64,000 nt of DNA from Azolla caroliniana (Eukaryota > Plantae > Polypodiophyta): assembly GCA_043228905.1 (NCBI GenBank), contig JBHGNT010000004.1, forward strand, positions 868,001-932,000. Reading direction: 5' to 3'. The translations under genes and the position numbers were made by a program. Each line of letters starts with the position of its first letter. The first letter of the stretch is position 1. Below the pieces are notes generated by a model. It saw nothing but the letters and a program-made list of their open reading frames with translations. It made no database searches and had not been told where the DNA came from. Shown one piece after another: positions 10,801 through 23,931 of this stretch.

Positions 10801-12103
10801 CTTATCACTTTCCCTCCCCACTAAAAAGTGTCCTCTAGAGAAAAGTGGCTTATGAGGAGCGCTCTATTTGAAATCAAGTAGTCAGTATAAAATAATTCAA
10901 ACATCAAGTTTGTAAAGCCATTATTTAGGATCAACTTGTGCAAATAATCGCAAACTAGATTTATTAATGTTTTCTTTAGCTCAAAGCCTAATTTCTAGGA
11001 GCAAACTATAAGTGAGCATGATTTCAAAATAAAATCACGGAGAGTTTTTATGATCGACATGGAACATGTAATTGAAAAAGTAAATCCACAATCTTACTAT
11101 ACACCACATCAAGAAATTTGGGCAAGAAGTAACCTCGGGATTCTTTATAGGCCATAGTATGCTGGGACATCTAATCAATGGATTCTCTTACATGATGATG
11201 TAAAGAGGCAATCCTTTGCACATTGGGTTGTGGCAAGCAATGTCTTACTTTGATTACTTGCACAACAACTTGGGGGGTAGATGAATGTAAAGTGAAGGAA
11301 ATTAAAGCCACTATACCAATCCCTTTTGAGTATATATCTGAATGAAACGGCACATGCTCTTAAAGAAGGTATCCATTCGGGTATGTATATATTTGAAATG
11401 TCACATATTCTCATAGAATATCTTCTTTAATGTTTCCATTTGGTTGTGTAGGATGTCCCCAAACTATGTCTATTGAACAACCTATGGTTTGTGCCAACTT
11501 TTCTTGTCGCCCGTCTAGCCTAGGAACCAATGTTTGGCGTCTCGTTGTTGTATAGTGTGAAATGATGGATTTGGTTAGTGGTCCCTTGGACATCGAATGT
11601 GAGCGCGATGTGGCGGAAGGCGAAAACATTTCCCCGGATCGAGAACTACCATGCTATAAAATGCAATGGCTATTTACAACAAGAATGTACAAAGAAAGAA
11701 GAAGGTGAAATTTTCAAATTAAGAGCAATAAATATGTATAATTGATTTATTACAAATTATTGTCAACGTACATATTTGAGTCAAATATGTATGTTAGTGT
11801 CTGATATCTTAACTTATTTCATTCTCACACAACAAAAAGGAAATAATTATTGTCAAAGAAGATATCATTAAGGATAGTATTTTTTGGGGGGTGATATTAA
11901 AGATATCAGTAAGTTTAAACTCAGAACTTTAAAGGACGAGAATGCAATCGTATGCACCCGGGTTCGAACCTCACCATCCACATTGGGTGTTTCCTCTCTA
12001 TCTCTGTCTCCGTCTCTGTCTCTCACTCTCACTCTGAGTCTCTATCAAAATTTGATCCTCACCATGTGGGCTAGGGCCATCTTTTATAGATCACAATCAG
12101 TGT

Positions 12104-12260
12104 CTCGTGGATGTTAAAACCATATATATCAATCAATCGGGTTCGTTCTCTCGGTTCGCTCGATTCATTAGTGGTATAGGCCTCGTGGATGTTAAAACCA
12201 TCTATCTATCTATCTATCGGGTTCGTTCTCTTGGTTCGCTCGATTCGTTAGTGGTATAGC
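12104..12260. repeat. Tandem duplication of an approximately 78-bp unit
   Basis: CTCGTGGATGTTAAAACCAT...GGGTTCGTTCTC...GGTTCGCTCGATTC(A/G)TTAGTGGTATAG occurs twice, at about 12104 and 12182. Confidence 0.85.
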
Positions 12261-13385
12261 CCGAGAGTGGGTACCGACCACCGATGCCAAGTGTGTACCC
12301 CCATGGGTTTGTAGGTTCTATCCAGAAGGGGTTTGTATTCGAGTCTCGTGTCTCTCTCGCCCAACCCACACTCAAAGAGTGGTGGTGCCAAAGTAATAAT
12401 ACAAATTATGAAATCAGTCTATCTCTTCATCTCTCTCTCTATATATATGGAGACAAACCAACGCCCAGTTTTTAAATAATGCAGATTTGGCACTGCCAGG
12501 GTTCGAACCCACGACCGCCTTCTCCATCTCCGTCTCCATCTCCATCTCCATCTCCTCTGCTTCTGTTTCCTCCTCCTCCTCCTGCTCCTGCTCCTCTGCC
12601 TCCATCTCCATTAGACTACAGATTCAGTTAATGAGAGCTTGAAATTCCAAATGTCTGCTAACTAACCGGCCTCTCCTCTCTCTCAGTCATCCCCCCCCCA
12701 TTGCTCGCTTTTTAAGCTAGTTAGCTATAGCTATAGCTATGGCTATGGCCTATACCTATACTTAGCTACGCTCTCTCTGCACATATGTCTGCGACCCCTA
12801 TCTCTCTCTCTCTCTCTCTCTCTCAGAGTCAGGTTAGCTAGGTAGCTAGCTAGCTATCTTTCTTAGCTATATGTATCTACTCAGAACAGAGTAAAAGAAG
12901 GAAAGAAACCTCCATCTCCATCACATCGCCCCTATTTTTGTTTCCGTTTCTGCAGAGAGATCCAGACCTACCTACACTACAGCTCTCCCTCTCAATCCTC
13001 TATTTCTTTCCATCGATCCTTTCGTTTCTGATTCAAACTCTAGTGTCATCATCACCATCTCCTTTCTTTCTTTCCTGCTTTCATCCATCCCTTCCTTCAT
13101 TCATGTTGCTACCTCCTTCCCTAGTGTTTGCAGAATCAGAGAGAGATACACAGAGACAGACAGACAGAGAGAGAGAGAGAGCATAATTATCATACATGTA
13201 CGCATTCGTCCACGCACGCTCGCACAGACGAAATTTTGAAATTTCTCCAATCTGAACGTTGATGAGCCAATTTAAGCAATTGAGCACCACAATTTGATCT
13301 TCCACCTGGAAATAGTTCCCACACAAGAAATCTGCCTCAGCAGCCATCTCTTTCTCGCTCTCACTCACTCACTACTTTTCACTGT

Positions 13386-16233
13386 ATGTACACAGAGATT
13401 CAATCTGTAGTTTCAATGGCGGCACCTGGACCATCTGCAGTGGAAATGAAGTTAAGGGACCAGGAATTGGAGCTCCTCCGCATCCCTCTTCTCGATAAGA
13501 CTATTACAACCAGTAGCCATGGATATGCTAACGCCGATAATAATTTGATCCCTTCGAGCCTATTAAATCCCAATTTTGCGATTATATTACAACCTCCCGA
13601 TGAAACCAGCTCTACTGGGAGCTTTGATGGCTTCTCCTCAGACATCAATAACGGGATGGATTCCTTTGTATCTGGAATAATTAGCCCTCAGAATAGTAGT
13701 AGCACTACCAGTGCTAAATGGGATGGAGATATGCTGGATTCGAGCGCTACAAATTCCACATATTCCTCACCCCTACCATGGCTGGTTAATCTTGTTCAGT
13801 CTGATACCAGTGCTACTCCTGATGCTACTGTTACTTGTGATAGGGCACCATCCAGATCACCTGATAATAATAGTGGGCCTCTGATGATCGATGACAGCAC
13901 GGGCGTTAATTACTTGCCCATGATTATCAACAGTCAGGGCACCAACGGATTATTATCGTGGGATTACATGGATCATCTAGATCACAAGGATATGGTCGAC
14001 ATGCCGAAGTTCGATGATTCTTCAGGTGAGGTCTAATGATATGTTAAGTTTCTGAATTATTCCATCGCTCATACAGGTCTTATTAGATGAGGAACGAAAA
14101 AATATGTGCGTGTGGTATGGTGTGAGTGCTCTAATGGTGAACTAAACCTAGCTATGACAGAAGCAGAGATGATGAAAGAGCGGTTTGCAAAGCTTCTTCT
14201 GGGTGAGGATCTGTCGGGTGGGGGGAAGGGTGTTTCTACTGCACTCGCCGTCTCCAACGCCATTACAAATCTTTCTGGTAAAAATTTATGTATGCAGACT
14301 ATTTAGATTAATGGTTCAAAATGGATTAGGGGTAAATTAAACCCAGATTTAGGGTTCAAATGCCATTTAGATTTATGATTTGAGAGGTCGATTCTGGCCT
14401 GTGCCTTGTTTAATCCGTCCCCTCTTTGGTCATTATGCCTATGATTAGCTTCGATTTTCGGAGATCTATGGCGACTGGAGCCATTAGCTAAAGCAAGGAA
14501 GGTTCGATGGCAGAGAGAGATGGAACGGCTGCTCTCTGTTAGCGATTACATTGTCGAGTTCGTGCCTTCATCGAAATCATTGGCGGATGGAACAACTATG
14601 AAGGTAGACAAATATGGCCAAATCTATGAATCTGCTCCACTAGGAGATAAGGCATAATGAACTGCTCCAAATTCTGATACATTTATGTATATACATATGT
14701 GGTATGATCTGTTACTGCAGGTTATGGACACGAAACCTCGGCTTGACCTCCATATCTGCCTTCCTGCATTACAGAAGCTCGATGCAATGCTGATTGTAGG
14801 TACCCCCTTCCCTTATCCTTCATGCTTTAAGAAATGTATGCATACTAGGATATACATACATACTCATTCGTCTGTTCTGCAAGAAAAAGATTGATTATGG
14901 CTAATTTCTTGTCACAGGAGGCATTAGATAGCTTTGTCGGAACCGAGTTCTGGTATATCGATCAATCCATGAGCAGACCTGAGAACAGCCAGCCCTTGCA
15001 AAGCAGCAGCGCAAGGAGTAGCGGTAGTTCGTGTGCGGATCGGTGGTGGCTTCCTACCCCTAAGGTTCCTCCTCTCCGAGGCCTGTCCGGCGAATCACGC
15101 AAACATTTGCAGCATCAGAGGGAATGTGTGAACCAAATCCTCAAAGCTGCACTGGCTGTGAATGCTCAGGTTCTCTCCGAAATGAATGTCCCCATAGCTT
15201 TCACCGATTCGCTCCCCAAGGTACAATCTTTTTGCAATTACTTAATTTTTTTTTTTATCTTTGAGAGAGAATTCACAACCAGACCGACATGAATGCATTG
15301 GATTCTTCACTTGATTGATCCTTGATCGACTGACATTTTCTGTTCTGTGATCAGAATGGGAGATCGAGCTTAGGGGAGCCATTGTATCGAGCTATGAGCT
15401 CGGACAAGTTCTCTGCCACCGAATTGATCGCGTGCATGGATCCTACCCAGGAGCATGATATCGTCGATCTGATGAATAGCGTGGAGGCAGCTCTCCACAT
15501 TTGGATGCGGAAGCTTCGGACCAAGCGGGAGCAAATCGAATCCAACCATGGCCAACCCAATCTAAAGGTGTTGCGAGCTCTTCCCAAAGATGGGCTGATT
15601 GGCTTAGAGAAGAGGCAGATGCTGATGGAAAGAGCCAAAAGCTTGTTGTTGCTACTGAGGTTGAAGTTTCCTGGCCTGCCACAGTCTGTTCTAGATGTGA
15701 GCAAGATACAATATTGCAAGGTCAGTGTATGTATGTATATGAAAGTCATTTTTTTATGCCATACTTAGCTAAAGGGATATCTACCACCAATTTGTCTCTA
15801 ATTAGGACTGCTATTCTGTCTGTTGTAGGATGTGGGTCAATCTATATTAGAAAGCTATTCCAGGGTATTAGAGAGTTTGGCTTTCAACATCCGATCTCGG
15901 ATCGATGATGTTATATACGCAGACGAGGCAGTAAAGATGTGTGATCAATCTCCGAGGGCTTTATCATCGAGAAGCAATTCTAAGAATGGAAGTATGAATC
16001 CGATGATGACCAATTCGATGCCTTCTCTCCTCGCTTGTGGACTCGCTTCACCTGGCCGACCCCTACAAAGCGAGAGTAGAGGGTTGGAGAATGCGGCTAA
16101 TCGAGCTCCGAAAGAATTAGATCCTTGCAAGGCCAATGCTAAAACTTGGCTGAATTCGTACAAGCATCGGCATCACTCCGGGAAGACAGATATTTTGAAT
16201 TCGAGTACTCTTCTTACAAGACAGATCAATTGA
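13386..16233 (+). CDS. ROPGEF: Rop guanine nucleotide exchange factor (PRONE domain), 7 exons, about 676-686 aa
   Basis: Exons 13386 (or ATG 13416)-14025, 14161-14277, 14449-14603, 14721-14795, 14918-15220, 15355-15720, 15829-16233, all GT-AG and phase-consistent. Motifs [111 protein letters not shown]. Confidence 0.96.
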
Positions 16234-17030
16234 GAGGAATGCATGGAATTTTTCAAAAAAATGTATGTACATTGTAGAGCTATCGAATCAGTACAATAGC
16301 TAGAACTTTCGGAACTTCGCCCATTCTGTACCCACATTCCAATGTTTTGTATTTTGTGTGTGGGTCTAGAATAGGAGTAAGCTTCTTTTCATTATGTAGT
16401 ATGGGCATTGTTCATTGACATAGCTTCACCAACGCCACAAAAAATCTTGAAAGCCATGGAAACACTATTCGAGCTCTCATCTGAATCAGAGTTACAGCTT
16501 AACTCGAGCTGCGGCATCTAAACCCTAAACCCCTTCCTCTGTCCATGAACAATGTCCATTTTTTCGAAACGAAGGGCATGTAAACAACTGTTTTCTTTAA
16601 TCACACATATAATTAGTTCCGTTTTTCTATAAACATATGGATATGAACATACGGTTGGGTTCTGATTGCATTGCTTATTAAAGAATTGTGTATGTATGTA
16701 GTAAAAGGTATAGAGTGTTAATTGGAATGAGGTTCTGAATACAAAAAGGAAGGAAGAAAAGGACAGACTGTTGATAGTCCCTATAATCATCATCATTATC
16801 ATCATCAATTTGTCAGAATACTAGCAATCCTAGAGGAAAGCTACATCTACGTACATATCTACCTATCGTAGCTTGCTTGCTTGACCATGATATATATATA
16901 TATATATGTATATGTATATGTATTGATTAAGAATGTGTGTGAAAGCTACTGATTCGCTCAATTGAATGAGATAAAGTTGCTGCGCTTCATTCATTGATTG
17001 AGTGTGTAAATGGGGGCTGTCTTAAATTAG

Positions 17031-17075
17031 ACATGCACATACACATACACATACCACATGCACATACACATGCAC

Positions 17076-17148
<73 letters not shown>

Positions 17149-17210
17149 TACCACATACCACATACCACATACCACATACCACACACCACATACCACATAC
17201 CACATACACA
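17031..17210. repeat. Compound microsatellite: (CATACA)n grading into (CATACCA)n
   Basis: Hexamer array to about 17150, then a heptamer array. It explains the spurious HTHT, CVCV and YVYV ORFs. Confidence 0.95.
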
Positions 17211-20200
17211 TAGCATTTAAAAAATGAATAAATGACTACCCCTAGCACTATGAGGATCTTGTGTTTGTACTCTAATATCTTATCCATGGGCAATGGAAAA
17301 GGGACTATGAACTTATACATATATATGAGAGAGAGAGAGAGAGGCTTTATCATATTTTGAATGGAAACAATCATCTAGTCCATGAAAATGTAATTCATTA
17401 CAAGAGGAACTATTGTTATGTACTTGTTTCTTCCTAGTTATATGGTAAGAAAAAGACAAATGGAGATATTTTTTCAATTCATTATTTCTTTTTATTAGGG
17501 ATGATGATAGAATTGGGTGATGTGGTTGATATTAACTCTCAATTGTTTTCAGAATTTGAAGATGCTAAAAGTTTGTTATGTGTTCCCCCAAATTATGGGT
17601 TTATTTGGGAAAAGTTTTAGAGCATAGCTCTATTGCATGAATCTTTATCGAGGTTAACATACAATACTCCTTGGGTGGATATGTGTTTTGAAGGGTGGGA
17701 TATTCTTGCTATAGGTTATCCATGCATATATTGTATCATCATTGCATAGCTTAATTACCTTGCTTCATTACTATAGATGGAGTGTATTATGAACAAGTAA
17801 TGTAGGTAAGTGACAAATATTTACAAAACATACGTGAAGGGTATGTTCATTAATCTTAGAGATGGAGTAATGTGATGGGATAGAAGGAATGATAGGTGCA
17901 TGGATTATCATGAGCTTGAAAACTAATGAATGGATAGACTTTAGAAAACCATGTCTATTCAAGGGGCCTAGGAAGAAATATAAATATGATCCTAGCTACC
18001 CTCATCAAACACATTATGTCGGAGTCGGAAAGCTACGGGTTAAGGTTGCACCTAATGGCAACCCTGCAATCATCGCTCTCTAAGTAAATACCTTTGCACG
18101 ATATGGTATTTGGGAATACCATCTATATTGTAAGGTTTTCCACCGTCGTGAATCTAAGTTACACACATTCCACTTTGTTAAGATTGTATTACTAATCAAT
18201 AAATCAAATAAAAGTAAAAGAAAGGTGAATAGATTGTATGGAAGAATGGGGTCCTCTTGACCACCCCCAAACTATGATCAAGACATAGCCAATCTACCAC
18301 CGACGGATATTAGGATGACTAGTACCTTCAAATAGGTAACACGACAATTGTGACAAAAGCTTTGCCTACACCATCAGGCCCATGTACCATCCCATTGGGA
18401 GTCTATATATTACACAAGGCATATGTATTCAATGCCCTATTGATCATACGAAGTGATTATTGAGAAATTTGGTGAGTTTCTGTTGTTGTTATTTGATGCC
18501 TACATGACGGGTCTTTACTTAACGTAGCAAGTTGAGAATGGTTGAACATGTTCCTTTACCTTGCAGAGAGAGGGTAAGGGTTCCATAATTTCGGAAACAA
18601 CATGTAGCCCTTTGGCCTCCTCCTCCTGCTCTTGTGATTTTTATGATTTCCTATGAATACCCTTCTACTATCCTTTGAAGGAGGGTGCTAGGGGCATCGA
18701 ATGGAATTAATGAAAACTCAGCTGCAGGGGCCAACCAAAGGATTAAATCGATCTGTGTCGAAAACCCAGAATCTGTTCTAGATCTTCTTCTGTAGATGCA
18801 AATTTGCAGATGGCCGCGTGCAGCAGAGGATCATTTTCATCATCAAGAGAAGCAGCAAAAAGTTCCGCTTTTCTGCTTCGTCTTCTGCCACTTATCGCTG
18901 GATCTACTTCATCATTTTCAATACGTTGCCATCCATCATCATCCTCCGGCCTGTCCTGCAGTAAGGCTCTGTGATGGCCGCCTCCTTGTCGACTACCTAA
19001 GTAAGTGCCACAAGTGTCAATCGACCATGTTTTGTAATTAATCAAAGAATGAATTTCCTCTCATCTTAAATCAATAAATATGCTTCCTTGTCGAAATGCC
19101 TCTACCTTGGGATCCATTTTGAACTACCAAGTCACCTTATATCAATCTATGATAAATTTTTTGATTCTGTGGAGCTAGTGATGTTTGACATGTTAACATT
19201 TTCATCATGCATTAATATCTGAAATTAAGTGAAAGTCGTCTCATTCTTCCATTTTCTTGTGCTTCTAGCTTCACATATGGGCTTGCCCACCCTGGTTCCA
19301 CCATTCCACCTGAATGTCTTGCTCTCACTGACTCTAGCTTGTTGGGGTTCAACTATACTGTCATTGGTTCTGTGGCCCTCAACCTCACTAACCTTGAGAG
19401 GCTTCTATCTCCCCAAGCTCCCACCATGGTAATGTCGAAGAGCAAGTCCAAAGGAGTCTTGGTCTCAAAGAAGAGATGGAGAATGCACCCAATCGAACAC
19501 TTCCACGTGGGTAAAACCTTTCTATTAGCAAGAAATAATTTCAAATAAAACCATCTGATCAGTTCATTTCAGCACAACAGTAAAGCAAAGTGACATAACA
19601 TAGGAGTATATTGTGCCGGACACCCAAATCATACTCTACAATGAAAGTTCAGCTATGTTATTTACTCATATGAAACCATCCTTTGAATCAATCTTTAGAA
19701 ACATTTGAACACAACGTTATGTCCCAGAAGATTACATTTTGATTTCATTTGTAAGCACTGTAGACAAACTCAAACATTTGCCTTTAAACTGCCTCCCCAT
19801 CCTTCTGAAAAAGTTACAAGTGGTTGACTTTTATTGAAGTGGCATGAAATGGGCCAAGATTCTGATGCATCCAATGTTAATAGACATTGATTTATTTTGT
19901 GTGTTGCTTTTATCCTAATGTTATGTTGGTGTGAACAAGAGTTGACCATCCTCTGAATTGTGGTCAATGGAGAGAGTTTGTAATATGATACATAGATTAG
20001 CATTTGGGACCGACAACCCATTATTGTAAAGGGAAAATGTAGTGGATAGGCAAGAACATGGAACATAGACTAGGCAAGGCAAGGAGGCAACCTAACTGCA
20101 ACCTAAGTAAGGCTGAGCAAGGCAGAGAAATAGTACAAAGAGAGGGAGGCAAGATGAGTAAGCATAGAGGATATCTACACGATCATTTTCGTCAAACTTG

Positions 20201-22387
20201 ATGGATGGTTGTAGTGTTGATGTTATTCAAGAATCCTGGATTCAAAGTTGTGGATTCATTTCCTTAACTGGAACCGTTATTTGAATCCCAATTAGGTGAA
20301 TTTCCATAATTAGGATCAGGGATTTGTGTATAAGGACCCGATTGGGTTATCTGTTAGTTGTGATGTGCATCTTTGACAGCATAGATCGAATTTCAATTTA
20401 AAATGATAACATAGTCAAAGGGATTACATACCTTTTAAGCACGTACACTTATATTTGTAGTTACCCTTATTCCAGATATGCTCTTGTTCTTATTACCTAT
20501 AAGTATGTTTATGACCTATTAGATATTACATACCCCTCATAAGATGGCTAACACATGGCATATGCCCATGGGACAATGTCTATGTCCACTTCTTTAGTAG
20601 GGCGTGTGCAACAAAGGGTATTGACCCTCTTTTCTCTGTGTCTTCTTCTCTCTATACAGAGAAGGTGAGGAGTGATGACCATATTATCTATTCCTCTCAC
20701 CAGTATGGTATTAAAGTCCCATCGGTTGCTTTAACTACCTGCTTAAATCCTATTAAGTACTGGATGTTGATGTTAACTACTAGAACATACCTCAACCCTC
20801 ATCAATAAAGCAGTCAGCTCATGTATATGTGTGAATTTTATAATTACAAGTCAGGTGGGTAGTGCAAGACTCCTTGTGCCAAATGTTGAGGACGTAAAAG
20901 TTGTGGCTACAAACGGTGAATTGCTTGCATTTGTCTTTCCTCATACTTGTTGAAGGCAAATTGTGGCACAAAAAGTAACCAAACTTCTAGACTCCAATCA
21001 TATGATCGTGACTCGCCTTGTCACAAAGTGGTCAATAGTCTACATTGATGCACAAGATGACCATGTTGCAGATGCCACTGACATTTGATGGACTCTAGCT
21101 AAAACAAAAAATCAGTGATCACATATTGTCTGTTGAGCCAATGGAAGATTGCAAACTCGGATTCATAGCATGATGTTGTCCATTAAGCCAGTTTGCTTAC
21201 CAAGGTGGCCTTGGGCAGAAGGTACGAGAGCGTGGGTGATATACATGGCAAGTGAATTACTGGGCTGGCAAGTAGTGCCAGACATTGTGTCATTGTAAAT
21301 AATCCCGATTGTTCTCAAGCTCCATTGTTGAGTTTCTCAAGCATGCTACTGGCTATTCTGAACTCACACGAGAGGGTTCATACTAGGCTAGCTGACATGG
21401 AATCATTGTAGTCATAGCCCGAAATGATGCATGTGGTCAGCTTGGTTGTCGACCACAGCCAAATTATTGAGAAACACATGCATAAATGAGGGTATGTATG
21501 GCCCAAAGGATTTGCCAATAATGTGTTGGAATTGTGGCATCATTGTAGTCATGGCCCAAAGTGGTGGTGTAAGTGGTCGACTTGGCTGTCAACCACAGCA
21601 AAATCATTGAGAAACACATGCATAAATGAGGGTATGTATAGCCCAAATAACTTGATCCCTTTTTTTACCCCAATACTTGAGACTCAGATCCAGAAATTCT
21701 TTCATGTTTTCAGTGTGTTCGGCAATCCCTTTAACAAAACCTTCTTCTAACAGGGTTCTTCCGATACATCTAGTTATTCTGGTAGCGGTATTGTGTGTTT
21801 ACCATTCTAATCTGTCTTCACATCCATAGCTTGCTTTTTTGCGTCCTTCGGCTAATATTTACAACTCACTAACTGTTAAGGGACGTAATCCGGCAGGTCA
21901 AGGGATTAATGTTGCTCATAATGTGCTGGAATGTGGTGGGAGGCATTCTTTGAGGCTGAATATCATCAAGAGGCCTATATACATAGACACACCATTCTAT
22001 AACAAGGCCGTTTCTCGTGATCCTCTGCCATGCAGATTTGGTTATAGCCACAAAAATTGTCAAAACAGTTGTAAATTTCATGGCTACTTTACTGAGATGG
22101 TAATGGCAACGGCAGCCACGTGGATTTGGTTGTATCACTAAAGTGCAAAAGAAAGGCGTCACAGAGGTGGCCACATTGAGCATGCAATAGTCAGCACAAA
22201 CCCATATCCTGTCATTGTTTTTTGGAACTTTGACTTTTGGGCTCAGTCAAGCGGTATTTTCTGACAGGCCAAATGAATCCTACCTGTAGAAGTTTGTGGA
22301 GTTCCATGAGGCTGCATAATTTGGATTCATTCTATACTGTTGTTGGACCGGTGGTGAATCTTGGTTAAGCTAGATTTGATGCTTGTA

Positions 22388-23107
22388 GAATCTAGGATAG
22401 AAGCCACAGGTATCATAGTAGGATCTTGCAAAAATGTATTGGGTGCTATTGATAAGGTCAAGACGTTCCTGGCAACAAGTAATGGACATGTGCTGGGATG
22501 TCGATACTTCCTGCTTCAAGGAATCTCATGGAGAATGATTTGACAGGTGGTTCTGGTGTCACAGGTTGCATCATTGTTTGGTTCTGGTCTGGTGTCGTAG
22601 GTTCTGTTGTGTCTTGTGGAAGTTTGGTCAGTGGTATGTGTTGGTAGGGCTGTTGGTAGGGCTGATCAGCAACCTGCAAAACTAGGCTTATCGTCGGTTC
22701 ATGCATGCATAGAGGCTAGTGTTAACTATATCCTTTTGAGCATGGAATCTAGGATAGAAGCCACAGGTATCATAGTTGGATCTTGCAAAAATGTATTGGG
22801 TGCTATTGATAAGGTCAAGACGTTCCTGGCAACAAGTAATGGACATGTGCTGGGATGTTGATAACTCCTGCTTCAAGGAATCTCATGGAGAATGATTTGA
22901 CAGGTGGTTCTGGTGTCACAGGTTGCATCATTGTTTGGTTCTGGTGTCACAGGTTGCATCATTGTTTGGTTCTGGTCTGGTTTGCGTCTTGTGGAAGTTT
23001 GGTCAGTGGTATGTGTTGGTAGGGCTGATCAGCAACCAGCAAAACTAGGATTATCGTTGGTTCATGCATGCATAGAGGCTAGTGTCAACTATATCCTTTT
23101 GAGCATG
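22388..23107. repeat. Tandem duplication of an approximately 357-bp unit inside the Gypsy relic
   Basis: GAATCTAGGATAGAAGCCACAGGTATCATAG...TATCCTTTTGAGCATG starts at 22388 and 22745, near-identical, with small internal sub-duplications. Confidence 0.9.
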
Positions 23108-23725
23108 CAGATGTTGGGTGGTTAGGACCGAGTGACGTAATAGATGGCAAGAGGTTTACCTTTGTCTTGCTCCAATGGGATTTATTGTGGCCCTGCTTGC
23201 AACTTGCTCTTGATATGGGGCAATATGAAACAATGAGCTGCCCAAGAATAGTGTGTAAGCCCCCACTTTAGCCAGCTAAATGATCCATGACCGAAATATG
23301 GAAGGGCTAGGGCCCCATATAGACAAGGAGGTCCTTGATAGACTGACTGGGTGTCCTGAACTTGTGCCACTATAATTCTTATCTAGGATGGGCATTTGTC
23401 AAGGTGTTGGTAGGTTGCCTCATTGATCACATTAACACCAACATTGCAGCTATTGATAATGACATTTGTTACTTCACCATCAGTTATTAAAGAGGAATGC
23501 TACCTATTATGGCGGGCCCATTCTGGGATTGTCAAATGCACCAACAATGCACAAAGGCAAGATGTCAAATGTCTCCTCGGACTTGGGTTTGATGCGATGG
23601 AAGTGGTCACCTGATGTTGTAAGTAGAGCAGAGGTCTAAGCACCTCATTGAATCTTCATATCAGTTGTGTAGCAATACGAGTAAAGAGGTACTTGGCACT
23701 TAGCCAAGACTGTGTAATCAGTGGT

Positions 23726-23931
23726 TGGCTAGATTGATGGTATCTTGTGTTTTGGTTTCTCTTAACAATGGATTGTTATCGGGAGCAGGTAAATGTGCAC
23801 CCTTTTGCTTGCAAAGAGGGCAAAGGATGGCTAGATTGATGGTATCTTGTGCTTTGGTTTCTCTTAACAATGGATTGTTATCGGGAGCAGGTAAACATGC
23901 ACCCTTTTGCTCACAAAGAGCACAAAGGATG
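23726..23931. repeat. Tandem duplication of a 102-bp unit
   Basis: TGGCTAGATTGATGGTATCTTGTG...CCCTTTTGCT...CAAAGGA at 23726 and 23828. Confidence 0.9.

Noticed and set aside
12414-12611. Glu-rich ORF MEMEAEEQEQEEE...
   Set aside because: Translation of CTCCAT/CCT microsatellites.
14300-14370. TTTAGGG-like motifs in RopGEF intron 2 and CTAAACCCTAAACCC near 16518
   Set aside because: Only one or two units, so not an interstitial telomeric array.
14527-14529. CGG at a conserved Trp position suggesting C-to-U editing
   Set aside because: This is a nuclear intron-containing gene and PPR-type C-to-U editing is organellar. Treated as a substitution.
16987-17374. His/Thr, Cys/Val and Tyr/Val repeat ORFs
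   Set aside because: Microsatellite translations.
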